Assembly: GCA_965116925.1 (NCBI GenBank)
Contig: OZ220744.1
Location: forward strand, 3,232,001-3,296,000
From: Candidatus Poribacteria bacterium
Lineage (GTDB): Bacteria; Poribacteria; WGA-4E; PCPOR2b
Reading direction: 5' to 3'
DNA length: 64,000 bases
Position numbers and translations under genes: made by a program. This document shows positions 10,812 to 22,079 of the stretch, piece by piece; position 1 is the first letter of the stretch; each line of letters begins with the position of its first letter. The notes under the pieces are model-generated. The model did not search any database. It had not been told where the DNA came from and worked only from the letters and a program-made list of their open reading frames with translations.

Positions 10812-13523
10812 ATGATAACCACTCAGATTAAACCCAGTTTTTTGTTTTACACCTTTACGTTGTTCGTATGCCTCAATTCCTTTTTCCTAAGCAACACCGA
10901 TGCACAAACCGATAATGACTCAACTCCCCCACCGCCTGAATTCAATTTCACTTATGAGAGCATTGATGTGCCGGGCGTAGAGTTCTTAGCGTTGACGGCG
11001 AGTTCCGACTTTGAGGATTACGCAGGCTACACGAAAAGTGCGGAGGGTGAAAAAATGGTCGCCTTCACGCTCATTGACGGCGTTTTTACGACGTATGACT
11101 TCCCCGGTTCACAGAACACTTACTTCTATGCCCTTGGCAATAATGGGTTAGCTGCGGGACACTACGAAGATAGTGATGGGCTTCATCACGGTGTCATCTT
11201 AGAAGATGGTGAATTGCGGCAATATGATTTTCCGGGTGCCGTCCAAACGGAGATATACGGTTACAGTGATTCAAGGGAGGTATTGACAGGTAGTTTTATA
11301 GATGCGTCTGGAGTGCGCCGTGGCTTCTCAGGAGACATAATCGTTGAGGCACCTGAGGCAACAGCAACTTATGCTGATTTTGTAAACGCGAGTGGTGCTA
11401 TCACAGGAAGTTACATAGGGGCTGATGGTCTATATTATCCATACGTGCGTACCCTGAATGGCACATTTGTAATTCACGACTATCTGGATTCATCAACTCT
11501 GGAATACTTTTTTGTGCACGGTCTCACTGATACAAGGATTATCGTTGCACGAGCTAAAGCGATAGGTGATATTCCACGCTCCTATGTTGGCACCTCCCAG
11601 CAAGGATTATCTGAATTACAGTTTCCGGGCAGTGTTAGCACAGAGGGTTGGAATATCAATCAAGATGGGTCTGCCGTCGGGTATTATGACGCTGCGGATG
11701 GACGTAGACACGGATTTATCGCCAGACCCACTGCGGAAACTGCTGCAAAATTCAGAGATATAGCTTATCCCCCACCGCCTGAATTCAATTATATTTATGA
11801 GAGCATTGATGTTCCGGGCGTAGATTTTTTAGCATTGACAGCGAGTAGCGACTTTGGGGGTTATGCAGGCTACGTGCGGAGTCCTGATGGTGAAAAAGAA
11901 GTTGCGTTTACGCTCATTGACGGTGTGTTTACAACGTATGATTTCCCCGGCTCACAGAACACCTATTTCTATGCACTCGGCAATAATGGGTTAGCTGCAG
12001 GGCACTACGAGGATAGCGATGGTCTATATCACGGTGTCATTCTGGAAAATGGGGAACTGCGCCAATACGATTTTCCGGATGCGGTCCAAACGGAGATATA
12101 TGGTTTCAGTGATGCAACGGGTGTGCTGACGGGTAATTTTATAGATGCTTCTGGGGTTCGTCGTGGATTCTCAGGGGACTTAATCGTTGAAGTGCCTGAT
12201 GCAGCAGCAACATACGCCGATTTTGTGAACTCACAAGGTCTTGTCGTAGGCAGCTACATGGATGCTGATGGTTTATTTCATGCATACGCGCGCACCTTGA
12301 CTGGTCGGTTTATACTTCTTGACTATCTTGAACCGCTAAACCTGGAATACTTTTTTTTACACGGTATTAACGATGGAGGGGGAAGGGGTGTATTTGTGAT
12401 TGCCCGATCCAAATTTGTGGATGATATTCCACGCTCCTATGTCGGCTCATATCTGCACGGGCTACACGAATTGTGGTTTCCGGGTAGCGTCAGCACGGAA
12501 GGCTGGAATATCAACCAGGATGGCTCTGTTGTCGGACACTATGATTCAGCGGACGGGCGAAGACACGGGTTTATCGCCAGACTCGGCACTAAATCAGAGA
12601 GCGATTATTTTAGTAACGCCTTCAACGTCACGCTGGCTAAAGGTCTAAACATGATTTCTGTGCCGTTGGCACCACCAGCACCGATGACCGCCAAGACACT
12701 TGCCGCGCTGACAGGGGCGACAACCGTCATTACCCTCGATACGGCACACCAGCAATTTATCGGGTGGACACCAACCGCACCGGACGACGGTTTTGCAATT
12801 GAAGGTGGAAAAGGATATATCGTCAATGTTCTAGACACTCGCCAATTCGCCTTCGTCGGATCCGAGTGGACAAATCAGACCGAACGCGCTGCAGCAGCAC
12901 CTGCCATACCCGCGAATCCACTCCAAGAAGCGTGGGCGTTTGTTGTAAGCGGGCACTTGGAAGGCAAACCAGCATTTGACGGTTATCAGGTGATCGTCCG
13001 TAACCTGAGAACCAACCACATGATAACCACTTCAGTGCAAGGGGATTACTTCGCTGCTGCAAACGCCGACTTGGCGCGCCGGAGTGTTGTCCAAGTGGGA
13101 GATGTGATTGAAGTCCGTGTTATCGGTCCGAGTGGAAATGTTGAATCAGACACACTCAATTATCAAGTGACCCCTGAGGACCTAGCAAACGCAGTTTTAT
13201 CTATCAGGCTTGATAGTATCGGTCAACCGAAACTGACGCAGCTGTTGCAGAACTTCCCCAATCCGTTCAACCCGGAGACATGGATTCCATACCAACTTGA
13301 AACATCGGCAGATGTCACGCTACAAATTTATGACACGTCTGGTGATATCGTGCGGACACTGGATCTCGGTTTCAAAGGACAAGGATTCTATACGACGCGC
13401 TCTCGGGCCGCGTACTGGGACGGACGCAACAACTTGGGTGAGCAGGTTGCCTCTGGGATTTACTTCTACAGTTTGCATACCCCCGACTTTTCAGCAACGC
13501 GGAAGATGCTGATTTTGAAGTAG
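10812..13523 (+). CDS. Secreted HAF-like repeat protein (two repeat modules) with C-terminal FlgD-Ig/T9SS-like domain
   Basis: Signal peptide, duplicated ~290-aa module ending DGRRHGF, LLQNFPNPFNPETWIPYQL. Confidence 0.8.
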   Translation: MITTQIKPSFLFYTFTLFVCLNSFFLSNTDAQTDNDSTPPPPEFNFTYESIDVPGVEFLALTASSDFEDYAGYTKSAEGEKMVAFTLIDGVFTTYDFPGSQNTYFYALGNNGLAAGHYEDSDGLHHGVILEDGELRQYDFPGAVQTEIYGYSDSREVLTGSFIDASGVRRGFSGDIIVEAPEATATYADFVNASGAITGSYIGADGLYYPYVRTLNGTFVIHDYLDSSTLEYFFVHGLTDTRIIVARAKAIGDIPRSYVGTSQQGLSELQFPGSVSTEGWNINQDGSAVGYYDAADGRRHGFIARPTAETAAKFRDIAYPPPPEFNYIYESIDVPGVDFLALTASSDFGGYAGYVRSPDGEKEVAFTLIDGVFTTYDFPGSQNTYFYALGNNGLAAGHYEDSDGLYHGVILENGELRQYDFPDAVQTEIYGFSDATGVLTGNFIDASGVRRGFSGDLIVEVPDAAATYADFVNSQGLVVGSYMDADGLFHAYARTLTGRFILLDYLEPLNLEYFFLHGINDGGGRGVFVIARSKFVDDIPRSYVGSYLHGLHELWFPGSVSTEGWNINQDGSVVGHYDSADGRRHGFIARLGTKSESDYFSNAFNVTLAKGLNMISVPLAPPAPMTAKTLAALTGATTVITLDTAHQQFIGWTPTAPDDGFAIEGGKGYIVNVLDTRQFAFVGSEWTNQTERAAAAPAIPANPLQEAWAFVVSGHLEGKPAFDGYQVIVRNLRTNHMITTSVQGDYFAAANADLARRSVVQVGDVIEVRVIGPSGNVESDTLNYQVTPEDLANAVLSIRLDSIGQPKLTQLLQNFPNPFNPETWIPYQLETSADVTLQIYDTSGDIVRTLDLGFKGQGFYTTRSRAAYWDGRNNLGEQVASGIYFYSLHTPDFSATRKMLILK

Positions 13524-13570
13524 CCCCGTAGGTTGGGTAGAGCGTTAGCGAAACCCAACATAATCAACTA

Positions 13571-13735
13571 TAGTGGATTCTAAAAATAAATAGACACTTT
13601 CGTCCTTTGGTAGGTGCGGTTTCCAACCGCACCGCATCGGCACATTAGAAACAGTGCCTACCAAGCGGGAGAACAGTAGGTGCGGTTTCCTAACCGCACC
13701 GGTTTCAAGTGTCTCATTAATTCTAATATCCACTA
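13571..13735. mobile_element. MITE family A, TA-flanked, with three GTAG-REP hairpins
   Basis: tagtggat...atccacta termini between TA dinucleotides. Confidence 0.85.
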
Positions 13736-13746
13736 TAAATTATAGT

Positions 13747-13909
13747 TAGGAGTTACGCAGTTGAATGTTCAACGTTTTGTAGTTCGGCGATTTATTGCCT
13801 CTGCACACCCGTCCCAACGCCCGATTCATCGGGCAACTACAACAGAGATTCCATAAGGGATTCGTAGGGAACGCAGATCTGCGTTCCCTACTGAAGTGCG
13901 TAAGTCCTA
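13747..13909. mobile_element. MITE family B
   Basis: taggagttacgca / tgcgtaagtccta termini, direct repeat ATAGT on both sides. Confidence 0.85.
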
Positions 13910-13954
13910 ATAGTAATGGACAACATTAGTCCACCAAAAAGGAGCTTTTTCTCT

Positions 13955-16627
13955 ATGCACAATCAGACCAAACCCAGTTTTCTGTTTTACACCTTTACGT
14001 TGTTCGTATGCCTCAATTCCTTTTTCCTAGGGAATAGTGCTGCACAAGTCCAAGATGAACCCGTTGGTATATCTGCCAACTATACTTTTGAAACGATTGA
14101 TGTTCCGGGAGTAGATTTTCTGGCGTTGGCTGCGAGTAGTGACTTTGAGGATTACGCGGGCTACACACTGAGTCCTGATGGTGAAAAGGAGGTCGGCTTT
14201 ACACTCATCGATGGCGTTTTTGAGACCTATGATTTCCCCGGCTCGCAGAAAACGCATTTCTATGCACTTGGTAATAATGGGCTAGCTGCGGGTCACTACC
14301 AAGATAGCGACGGTCTGTATCACGGCGTTATCGTGGAAAATGGCGAAATGCGGCAATACCATTTCCCGGGTGCTGTCCAAACGGAAATATACGGGTATAG
14401 TGATTCGACGGGGGCACTGACGGGTAATTTTACCGATGCTTCCGGCGTTCGCCGTGGATTCTCAGGAGATGAAATCATTGAGTATCCCGGGGCAACGGAA
14501 ACGTATGCCGATTTTGTGAGCACGATAGACAATGTCGTGGGTAGCTACGTAGATGCTGAAGGCACATATCATGCATACCTGCGTGGACCGGGGGGTAGCT
14601 TTGCAACGCTCGACCTTCCACTCAAAGGAGAATTGGACTACTTTTTTCTCCACGGTATCAACAGCGCCCTGATTGCCGTCGGTCGAGCCAAAGCGGTGGG
14701 TGATGTCCCGCGCACCTATGCCGGCAACCCCGTCGGTCTACAAGAATTGAAGTTTCCGGGCAGCGTCAGCACGGAAGGCTGGAATGTTAATCAGGACAAC
14801 TCTATCGTGGGCCACTATGACTCAGCGGATGGACGTAGACACGGGTTTATCGCTAGACCGAAAGAGGGGACTCCACAAGCACGACCCGGTGTTGTGCCTC
14901 CTGCCCTCAACTATACCTTTGAGAGTATTGATGTTCCGGGTGTCGAGTTTTTAGCGGTAACTGCCAGTAGCGACTTTGAGGATTTCGCCGGCAATATGCG
15001 GAGTGCTGATAGTGAAAAAGATATCGGCTTTACACTCATCAATGGCGTTTTTACGACCTATGATTTCCCTGGCTCGCAGGGGACCTATTTCTACGCGCTC
15101 GGCAATGATGGAACAGCTGCCGGGCACTACCAGGATAGCGATGGTCTTTACCACGGTGTTATCCTGAAAGATGGCGAAATGCGGCGATACGATTTTCCCG
15201 GTGCCGTTCAAACAGAGATATACGGTCTTAGCGATGCAACGGGGGCACTGACAGGTAATTTTATAGATGCTGATGGTGTTCGCCGCGGGTTCTCAGGGGA
15301 TACAATAGTTGAGCGTCCCGGAGCATCGGCAACTTATGCCGATTTTGTAAGTTTCGTAGGCAATGTCGTGGGCAGCTACGTGGATACTGAAGGTGTATAT
15401 CATGCATATATGCGTAGTCCGGTGGGCAGATTTCTATCTATTGACCTTCCAAACGCAACAAATCTGGAATACTTTTTTCTGCACGGTCTCAACAATGCAA
15501 GGGCTGTCGTTGGGCGAGCCAAAGCGGTGGGTGATGTCCCACGCACCTATGTCGGCAGCCCCCTCAACCTACAGGAATTGCATTTTCCGGGTAGCGTCAG
15601 CACGGAAGGCTGGAATATCAATCAGGACGGCTCCGTCGTCGGACACTATGACTCAGCAGATGGGCGCAGACACGGGTTTGTTGCCAGACTCGTCCCTCAG
15701 GCAAAGAGCGATTATTTTGGCAACGTCTTCAACGTCACGCTGGATAAAGGTTTGAACATGATTTCCGTGCCGTTGGCACCACCAGCACCGATGACCGCTA
15801 AGAGCCTTGCCGCGCTGACAGGAGCCACAACCGTTATCACACTCGATACGGCACACCAGCAATTTATCGGGTGGACACCAACCGCACCGGACGACGGGTT
15901 TTCTATTGAAGGTGGAAAAGGTTATATCGTCAATGTTCCGGAAACCCGCCAATTTGCCTTCGTCGGATCAGAGTGGACAAGTCAAACGGAGGCTGCAGCA
16001 GCACCTTCGATATCCGTGGAACCACTCCAAGACGCATGGGCGTTCGTGGTCAGTGGTCATCTGGAAGGTAAACCAGCATTTGACGGCTACCAAGTCATCG
16101 TCCGTAACCAAAGAACAAACAGGGCGATAACCACCTCGGTGCAAGGTGACTATTTCGCTGCCGCAACCGCCGACTTGACGCGGCGCAGCGTTGTCCAAGT
16201 AGGAGATGTGATTGAGGTCCACGTTATCGGTCCCGACAAAAATGTTGAATCACACACCCTCAACTTTGAAGTAACCCCTGAGAGCATAGCAGACGCGGTT
16301 TTGTCTATCAGACTTGATAGTATCGGCAAACCGAAGCTGACGCAGTTGTTGCAGAACTTCCCCAATCCGTTCAACCCCGAAACATGGATTCCATATCAGC
16401 TTGAAACATCGGCAAATGTCACCCTCCACATTTACGACACAACGGGGGGGATCGTGCGGACACTCCATCTCGGTTTCAAACCGCAGGGGTTCTATATGAC
16501 CCGCTCCACCGCGGCATATTGGGATGGACGGAACAACATGGGTGAGCAGGTGGCATCCGGCGTTTACTTCTACAGCTTGCAGACCCCTGACTTTTCGGCG
16601 ACACGAAAGATGCTCATCTTGAAATAG
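13955..16627 (+). CDS. Secreted HAF-like repeat protein, paralog 2
   Basis: Same architecture as 10812-13523. Confidence 0.8.
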   Translation: MHNQTKPSFLFYTFTLFVCLNSFFLGNSAAQVQDEPVGISANYTFETIDVPGVDFLALAASSDFEDYAGYTLSPDGEKEVGFTLIDGVFETYDFPGSQKTHFYALGNNGLAAGHYQDSDGLYHGVIVENGEMRQYHFPGAVQTEIYGYSDSTGALTGNFTDASGVRRGFSGDEIIEYPGATETYADFVSTIDNVVGSYVDAEGTYHAYLRGPGGSFATLDLPLKGELDYFFLHGINSALIAVGRAKAVGDVPRTYAGNPVGLQELKFPGSVSTEGWNVNQDNSIVGHYDSADGRRHGFIARPKEGTPQARPGVVPPALNYTFESIDVPGVEFLAVTASSDFEDFAGNMRSADSEKDIGFTLINGVFTTYDFPGSQGTYFYALGNDGTAAGHYQDSDGLYHGVILKDGEMRRYDFPGAVQTEIYGLSDATGALTGNFIDADGVRRGFSGDTIVERPGASATYADFVSFVGNVVGSYVDTEGVYHAYMRSPVGRFLSIDLPNATNLEYFFLHGLNNARAVVGRAKAVGDVPRTYVGSPLNLQELHFPGSVSTEGWNINQDGSVVGHYDSADGRRHGFVARLVPQAKSDYFGNVFNVTLDKGLNMISVPLAPPAPMTAKSLAALTGATTVITLDTAHQQFIGWTPTAPDDGFSIEGGKGYIVNVPETRQFAFVGSEWTSQTEAAAAPSISVEPLQDAWAFVVSGHLEGKPAFDGYQVIVRNQRTNRAITTSVQGDYFAAATADLTRRSVVQVGDVIEVHVIGPDKNVESHTLNFEVTPESIADAVLSIRLDSIGKPKLTQLLQNFPNPFNPETWIPYQLETSANVTLHIYDTTGGIVRTLHLGFKPQGFYMTRSTAAYWDGRNNMGEQVASGVYFYSLQTPDFSATRKMLILK

Positions 16628-16703
16628 AAAGCACCAAAAGAAACCGAGTTTTTTCTTCAAAGCTCGGTTTCTCTCCATCCACACTGAACCCAAGGAGATA
16701 ACC

Positions 16704-18521
16704 ATGAATTACCCTATAAAAATGAAACTTCCCTTGTTTATATGTCTAATTATCTGTTTCATCGGATATGCCGTTGCCCGAATTGATGCCGAAACACCGA
16801 TTGCAGATTATACCTTTGAGACCATCGAAGCCCCTGGTGTCGATTTTTTGGAAGTGGCTGCAAGTAACGATTTCGGGGATTACGCAGGGAACACGCGGAG
16901 CCCTGATGGCGAGAAAACCATCGGCTTCACATTGATAGACGGCATTTTTACAACGTACGACTTTCCGGGTTCCGTCAATACCTTTTTCTATGCACTCGAC
17001 AACACCGGAAAAGCAGCCGGACACTACAAAGATATAGATGGACTCTACCACGGCGTTATCTTAGAAGGTGGTGAACTGCGACAATACGATTTTCCCGGTG
17101 CAGCCGAAACCCACATCTACGGTATTAGTGATGAAACGGGGTCCCTGAGCGGTAACATCGTAGATGAAGCGGGTGTCACCCACGCCTTTTCAGGCGATTT
17201 GATCATTACATTCCCGGGTGCAGTCAACACTTACGGAGACTTTGTCAACGCCGCAGGGGCCGTCGTCGGCAGCTACATTGATGCCGATGGAATGTTTCAC
17301 GGGTTCATACGGCACCCCGATGGCAGTTTCACCACCATAGACCTCCCAGAAATGCCGAATCTTCAATTCCTATTTGTAAACACCATCACCGATTTCGGGG
17401 CTGTCGGTTTCAGAGCCAAAGCTGCAAACGATATTCTGCGGTCCTATATCCTCATGCCAGATGGCACCCTCTATGAAGTACGGATCCCAGATAGTGTTAT
17501 CACTGTCGTCCGAAATGTTAATCAGGATGGAAGTATTGTCGGGTTTTATGACTTAGCAGATGGACGTAGACACGGTTTCCTCGGTAGACCTAAAACACAA
17601 TCAACCGGAGAAGGTTTCGGCAATATTTTTTCTATGCACCTCTCTGAAGGTTTGAACATGCTGTCTGTGCCCCTGAAACCGACTGTCCACATGACAGCCC
17701 GCTCGCTTGCAGTAAAGACAGGGGCGACCACGGTCATTACACTTGATGCCGCAAATCAGCAATTCGTCGGGTGGACCCCAGATGCACCGGACGACGGATT
17801 TTCCATCGAAGGGGGAAAAGGGTACATCGTCAATCTACCAAAGGCGCGCGACATTGTCTTCACAGGGACAGCGTGGACAAGTCAGAGGCAAGTCCCCGCA
17901 GCACCCCTTGCCACAACACCCTATCAGACATGGGCATTCGTTGTTAGTGGGTATCTAGGAGGTATCCAGCAGTTCAACGATTATCTGGTCACAGTCCGAA
18001 ACCTTCGGACCAACACCGTCATGGAAGCCCAAGTGCGTGATAATTACTTCGCCGCTGCGACCGCTGACTTAGCGCGGCGGAGTGTTGTCGAAGTTGGAGA
18101 TGTGATGGAAGTCCGTGTTATCGGTCCGGATAGAAATATTGAATCACACGCGCTCAGTTATAAGGTGACCCCTGAAGACTTGGCAAACGCAGTTTTGTCT
18201 ATCAGGCTTGATAGTATCGGTCAACCGAAACTGACTCAGTTGTTGCAGAACTATCCGAATCCGTTCAATCCTGAAACATGGATTCCATATCAACTCTCGG
18301 AAGACAGTCTTGTCGCATTATCCATTTACGATACAACGGGCAAGCTAATTCGCACCCTTCCGCTCGGTTATCAATCCGCAGGTTTTTACTATAGTCGAGA
18401 GCGTGCCGCTTATTGGGATGGACGCAATGAAACCGGTGAGTCGGTTGCAAGTGGTATCTATTTTTACCAGTTGACAACACCATCGTTCCATCAAACACGG
18501 CGACTCGTCATCATAAAATAG
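16704..18521 (+). CDS. Secreted HAF-like repeat protein, paralog 3 (single module)
   Basis: One repeat module plus the same C-terminal domains. Confidence 0.8.
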   Translation: MNYPIKMKLPLFICLIICFIGYAVARIDAETPIADYTFETIEAPGVDFLEVAASNDFGDYAGNTRSPDGEKTIGFTLIDGIFTTYDFPGSVNTFFYALDNTGKAAGHYKDIDGLYHGVILEGGELRQYDFPGAAETHIYGISDETGSLSGNIVDEAGVTHAFSGDLIITFPGAVNTYGDFVNAAGAVVGSYIDADGMFHGFIRHPDGSFTTIDLPEMPNLQFLFVNTITDFGAVGFRAKAANDILRSYILMPDGTLYEVRIPDSVITVVRNVNQDGSIVGFYDLADGRRHGFLGRPKTQSTGEGFGNIFSMHLSEGLNMLSVPLKPTVHMTARSLAVKTGATTVITLDAANQQFVGWTPDAPDDGFSIEGGKGYIVNLPKARDIVFTGTAWTSQRQVPAAPLATTPYQTWAFVVSGYLGGIQQFNDYLVTVRNLRTNTVMEAQVRDNYFAAATADLARRSVVEVGDVMEVRVIGPDRNIESHALSYKVTPEDLANAVLSIRLDSIGQPKLTQLLQNYPNPFNPETWIPYQLSEDSLVALSIYDTTGKLIRTLPLGYQSAGFYYSRERAAYWDGRNETGESVASGIYFYQLTTPSFHQTRRLVIIK

Positions 18522-18667
18522 GGGCAAGTCGAGATTCAAATCTCGACATCGCAGTGTAGGGGCAGGTCTTGTGCCTGCCCAAAATGATGAGTAACCCCGT
18601 AGGTTGGGTAGAGCATTAGCGAAACCCAACACGATGAACTGAAATGAAGCGAAGGAGGACAAAAAGG

Positions 18668-19504
18668 ATGCCTGTTTTGACAGCAGAAGACCGAAAGTTC
18701 TGGAAAGAAAACGGTTACGTTGTCGTTCACAACGCCGTTCCACCCGAAAATCTCAAAGCTGCCGAGCAAGCTGTATGGGATTTTTTGGAGATGCAGCCCG
18801 ACGATCCGGACAGCTGGTATCCCGACCCGCCTCGTTCCACCATCATGACCGAGATGTATCAACATCAGGCACTATGGGACAACCGACAGTATCCTCGCGT
18901 TCATCAAGCATTTGCGGAGATTTGGGAGACCGAAAAGTTGTGGGTGAGCATTGACCGCGCCAGCATGAACCCACCGGAGTTACCAGATTGGAAACACCCC
19001 GGCAAACTTCACTGGGATACCCAATTAGAACCGCCAATCGAATTCTGGGTTCAAGGCGTGCTATACCTGACAGACACCGCAGCCGATCAGGGGGCATTCA
19101 CCTGTGTACCGGGATTCCACCACCAACTGGACGCCTGGCTGAAAGACCTACCATCGGATGCGAATCCACGCGAGCAAGATCTGGAAAGCCTTGGCGCACA
19201 ACCAGTTCCCGGCGCAGCGGGCGATCTCATCATCTGGCACAGTGCCTTGCCCCACGGCAGCAGTTCTAACACAGCAACGGACCCACGGGTGGTACAGTAC
19301 ATCACCATGTTCCCATCGCACGGATATGACGAAGACGCACGAAACCATCGCATCAAAGCGTGGCAAGAACGCCTAGCAGGACTGGTCATAGAGGTCACCG
19401 GTATAACGACATGGGAACTCCGAAACGAGAAAGAGCATCAAGCAGGTCAAACCGCAGAACTGTCCCCGCTCGGACGAAAATTGTTGGGATTGGATCAATG
19501 GTAA
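18668..19504 (+). CDS. Phytanoyl-CoA dioxygenase (PhyH) family protein
   Basis: ENGYVV, LHWD, VQGVLYLTD, WHSALPHG. Confidence 0.88.
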   Translation: MPVLTAEDRKFWKENGYVVVHNAVPPENLKAAEQAVWDFLEMQPDDPDSWYPDPPRSTIMTEMYQHQALWDNRQYPRVHQAFAEIWETEKLWVSIDRASMNPPELPDWKHPGKLHWDTQLEPPIEFWVQGVLYLTDTAADQGAFTCVPGFHHQLDAWLKDLPSDANPREQDLESLGAQPVPGAAGDLIIWHSALPHGSSSNTATDPRVVQYITMFPSHGYDEDARNHRIKAWQERLAGLVIEVTGITTWELRNEKEHQAGQTAELSPLGRKLLGLDQW

Positions 19505-19513
19505 GTAAAGTAT

Positions 19514-19610
19514 TAGGCACGCTCCGCGTGCCGTAAACTCAGGAGCGGTTATGGTAGTAGGCATACTCCGTATGCCGTAACCTGCCCCCATTTCCATAGG
19601 TCGGGCATCC
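19514..19610 (+). repeat. BIME-like REP doublet; second copy at about 36885-36985
   Basis: Two taggca(c/t)actccgtatgccgtaa units joined by tcaggagcggttat, same layout in both copies. Confidence 0.75.
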
Positions 19611-20141
19611 CCGGTCACGGGATCCTCTCGGACTTGCCCGACTCTTCGTATGGAACGCAGATCTGCGTTCCATACACAGTATCTACTTTCGCTCCAGAGG
19701 AGCGATATGTCTATAGAATCACAATCACCCAATACCTGCGCTCCAGAGGAGCGCAATGTGTACGGGTGCTTAATGAACTCATGAATTGCCAAAGTCCCTG
19801 CGAGGCGATATCCGTATAGCAAACTATTGTGATAGAAAACTCTAATAAGTGTCAAGTGGAAAATAGGTGGATTAAAGATAACCTAAGTTACTAGGGATGT
19901 GCGGCGCAATAAAATAGATCCTTATACCCGTAGGTTGGACAAGATGCCCGACCCCAAAAGCCCCAGTTTTCTGAATCCCGATTTATTGAGGAGGGGCGAC
20001 ATGTATATAGCACATCGGTAAACCAATTTCCCCAAGCCCCAGCGGGGCTGACAAAATCTAACAAAATCTAACACTTTTGGTAGAATTAACGTCAATTTTA
20101 GATGATTTACCTCATTATTAATCTAGACGAGGAAACGACAA

Positions 20142-21131
20142 ATGGAAAAGCGAACAGTCGGCAAATCCGGCATTGAAATCTCTGTGATGGGGATCGGCGG
20201 CTGGTCCTATGGCGGCGGAGACTACTGGGGACCTCAGGCACAAGAGGATGTGGATGCAGTCGCACACGCCGCACTCGACAACGGCATCAACTTCTTCGAC
20301 ACCGCAGAAGGATACAACGAAGGACGGAGCGAAGAAGCAGTCGGTCGAGCCTTAAAAGGGCGGCGAGATGAAGCAGTAATCGCCACCAAGATCAGTCCGA
20401 ACAATACCGAACCCACAGTGCTGCGCGAGCATTGCGACGCCAGCCTCCGCCGCCTGCAAACGGATTACATCGATATCTATATCGTTCATTGGCCCATCAC
20501 AGAACACTCCGTTGAAGATGCGTTCGCAACCTTGACTGCGTTAAAGGAGGAGGGCAAGATCCGGTCGATTGGCGTCAGCAACTTTGGTGTAGAACAACTG
20601 TCCGAAGCCCTCGCCACCGGCGTTCAGATCGACGTGAACCAGCTCTGCTACAATCTCCTGTCACGGGGGATTGAGTTAGAGATTTTACCGTTATGCCAAA
20701 AACACGGGATGGGTATTCTGGGATATATGCCGCTGCTGCAAGGACTCCTGACCGGCATGTATAAAACAGCGGAGGAACTTCCGCCCGTCCATGCACGGTT
20801 CCGGCATTTCCGTGGAGATCGAGAAAGGGCAGGTCACGGCGAGGAAGGGGCAGAAGAGGAGATGTTCACCGCCGTCGAAGATATAAGAAAAGTTGCCGAG
20901 GCAGAAGGGGTGCCCATGAGTCGGCTCGCAATCGCTTGGACCATTGCAAAGCCCGGCATCACCTGTGAGTTGGTTGGCACCCGCAATCTATCGGAACTTG
21001 AGGAGAATCTGCACGTTGCATCGCTCTCCCTTTCCCCTGAAACGATAGCAAAGTTGGATGAGATAACAACGCCGCTGCTTCAGAAGCTCGGTGCAAATGT
21101 GGATTACTTCCTAGCCCGACGCACCCATTAA
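20142..21131 (+). CDS. Aldo/keto reductase
   Basis: FDTAEGY, ATK, HWP, IGVSNF. Confidence 0.95.
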   Translation: MEKRTVGKSGIEISVMGIGGWSYGGGDYWGPQAQEDVDAVAHAALDNGINFFDTAEGYNEGRSEEAVGRALKGRRDEAVIATKISPNNTEPTVLREHCDASLRRLQTDYIDIYIVHWPITEHSVEDAFATLTALKEEGKIRSIGVSNFGVEQLSEALATGVQIDVNQLCYNLLSRGIELEILPLCQKHGMGILGYMPLLQGLLTGMYKTAEELPPVHARFRHFRGDRERAGHGEEGAEEEMFTAVEDIRKVAEAEGVPMSRLAIAWTIAKPGITCELVGTRNLSELEENLHVASLSLSPETIAKLDEITTPLLQKLGANVDYFLARRTH

Positions 21132-21368
21132 TCCCGCTGTCCATGCCATCAATTTTATCGAAGTATCCTGTAGGTCGAGATTCACATCTCGACACCTAAA
21201 TGTTGATCCGATTACGCACTTTAGTTTGTAGTAGCGGAATTCATTGCGCGTCCGGACGGACGATAAATCTTAAAGCCCCAGCGGGGCGATATGTGTATAG
21301 CAAGCATGGCAAAACCAACCTTCAAGCCCCAGCGGGGCGACATGTGCATAGTAAACATGTGACAGTTC

Positions 21369-21469
21369 GTAGGTTGGGTTGAACGGATAAAACCGAAGCC
21401 ATTTCAACCACAATAGGACGGGGCATTTCAATAACACTTGTTTCGTAGATAAGTACAGTGAAACCCAAC
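21369..21469 (+). repeat. GTAGGTTGGG REP with 73-nt insert
   Basis: gtaggttgggttgaac [73 nt] gtgaaacccaac. Confidence 0.8.
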
Positions 21470-21698
21470 ACCCAACTAAGATCCACCATAGTTTTCACTT
21501 TGTTCTTTTTAGCAGTGCCCGATTTGCTATCATTTTGCCGTGGTCCTGCTTGTCCAGTGTTTATCAAAATTTTGTCTCATTTCGTGCGTAGTATGCCGGG
21601 CTGCTGGACATTTTGGTGCAAAACGCAAATTGTGGATGTCCGCTCAAACCTGACCTCCCACACTACATCTGGAAAGTCGTCCCAATCGGCGTGAATTA

Positions 21699-21910
21699 TG
21701 GTAAACACCAAAAATAAATAGACACTGTCACCCCTCGGTTTCGATCCCCCCGATAAATCGGGGTAAACTTATTATCGGGGCCGGTAGGTGCGGTTTCCAA
21801 CCGCACCGAATAGGCGCAGTTAGAAACAGCGCCTACCAAACGGTAGAACGGTAGTTTCGTTTTCCTAACCACACCGGTTTGGGGTGTCTCATTAATTCTA
21901 AGATCCACCA
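21699..21910. mobile_element. MITE family A with nested mini-palindromes
   Basis: TA-flanked, with the same ends and interior as 13571. Confidence 0.85.
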
Positions 21911-21918
21911 TAGAATGT

Positions 21919-21934
21919 TGGCACGGAATTTGAT
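21919..21934 (+). promoter_or_regulatory. Sigma-54-like promoter with non-canonical -12
   Basis: TGGCACGGAATTTGAT upstream of a TolB-like gene. Confidence 0.4.
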
Positions 21935-22079
21935 ACAGGACGAAGTCAAGTTATCAACTATGAATAATTGATAAAAAAATGACGGTCAGATATAGCCGTA
22001 ACAACATAGGAAAGCAGGTTCCAGCAGAGACCGCTTACATTTTCTGCCAAAATGATTCAAAGAAAGGTGGATAGATCAA

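Noticed and set aside
19514..19760. Repeat-spacer-repeat patterns (also 7357, 21273, 35914, 36885) as CRISPR arrays
   Set aside because: Only two units each, spacers partly conserved between loci, no cas genes; they fit REP/BIME-like repeats
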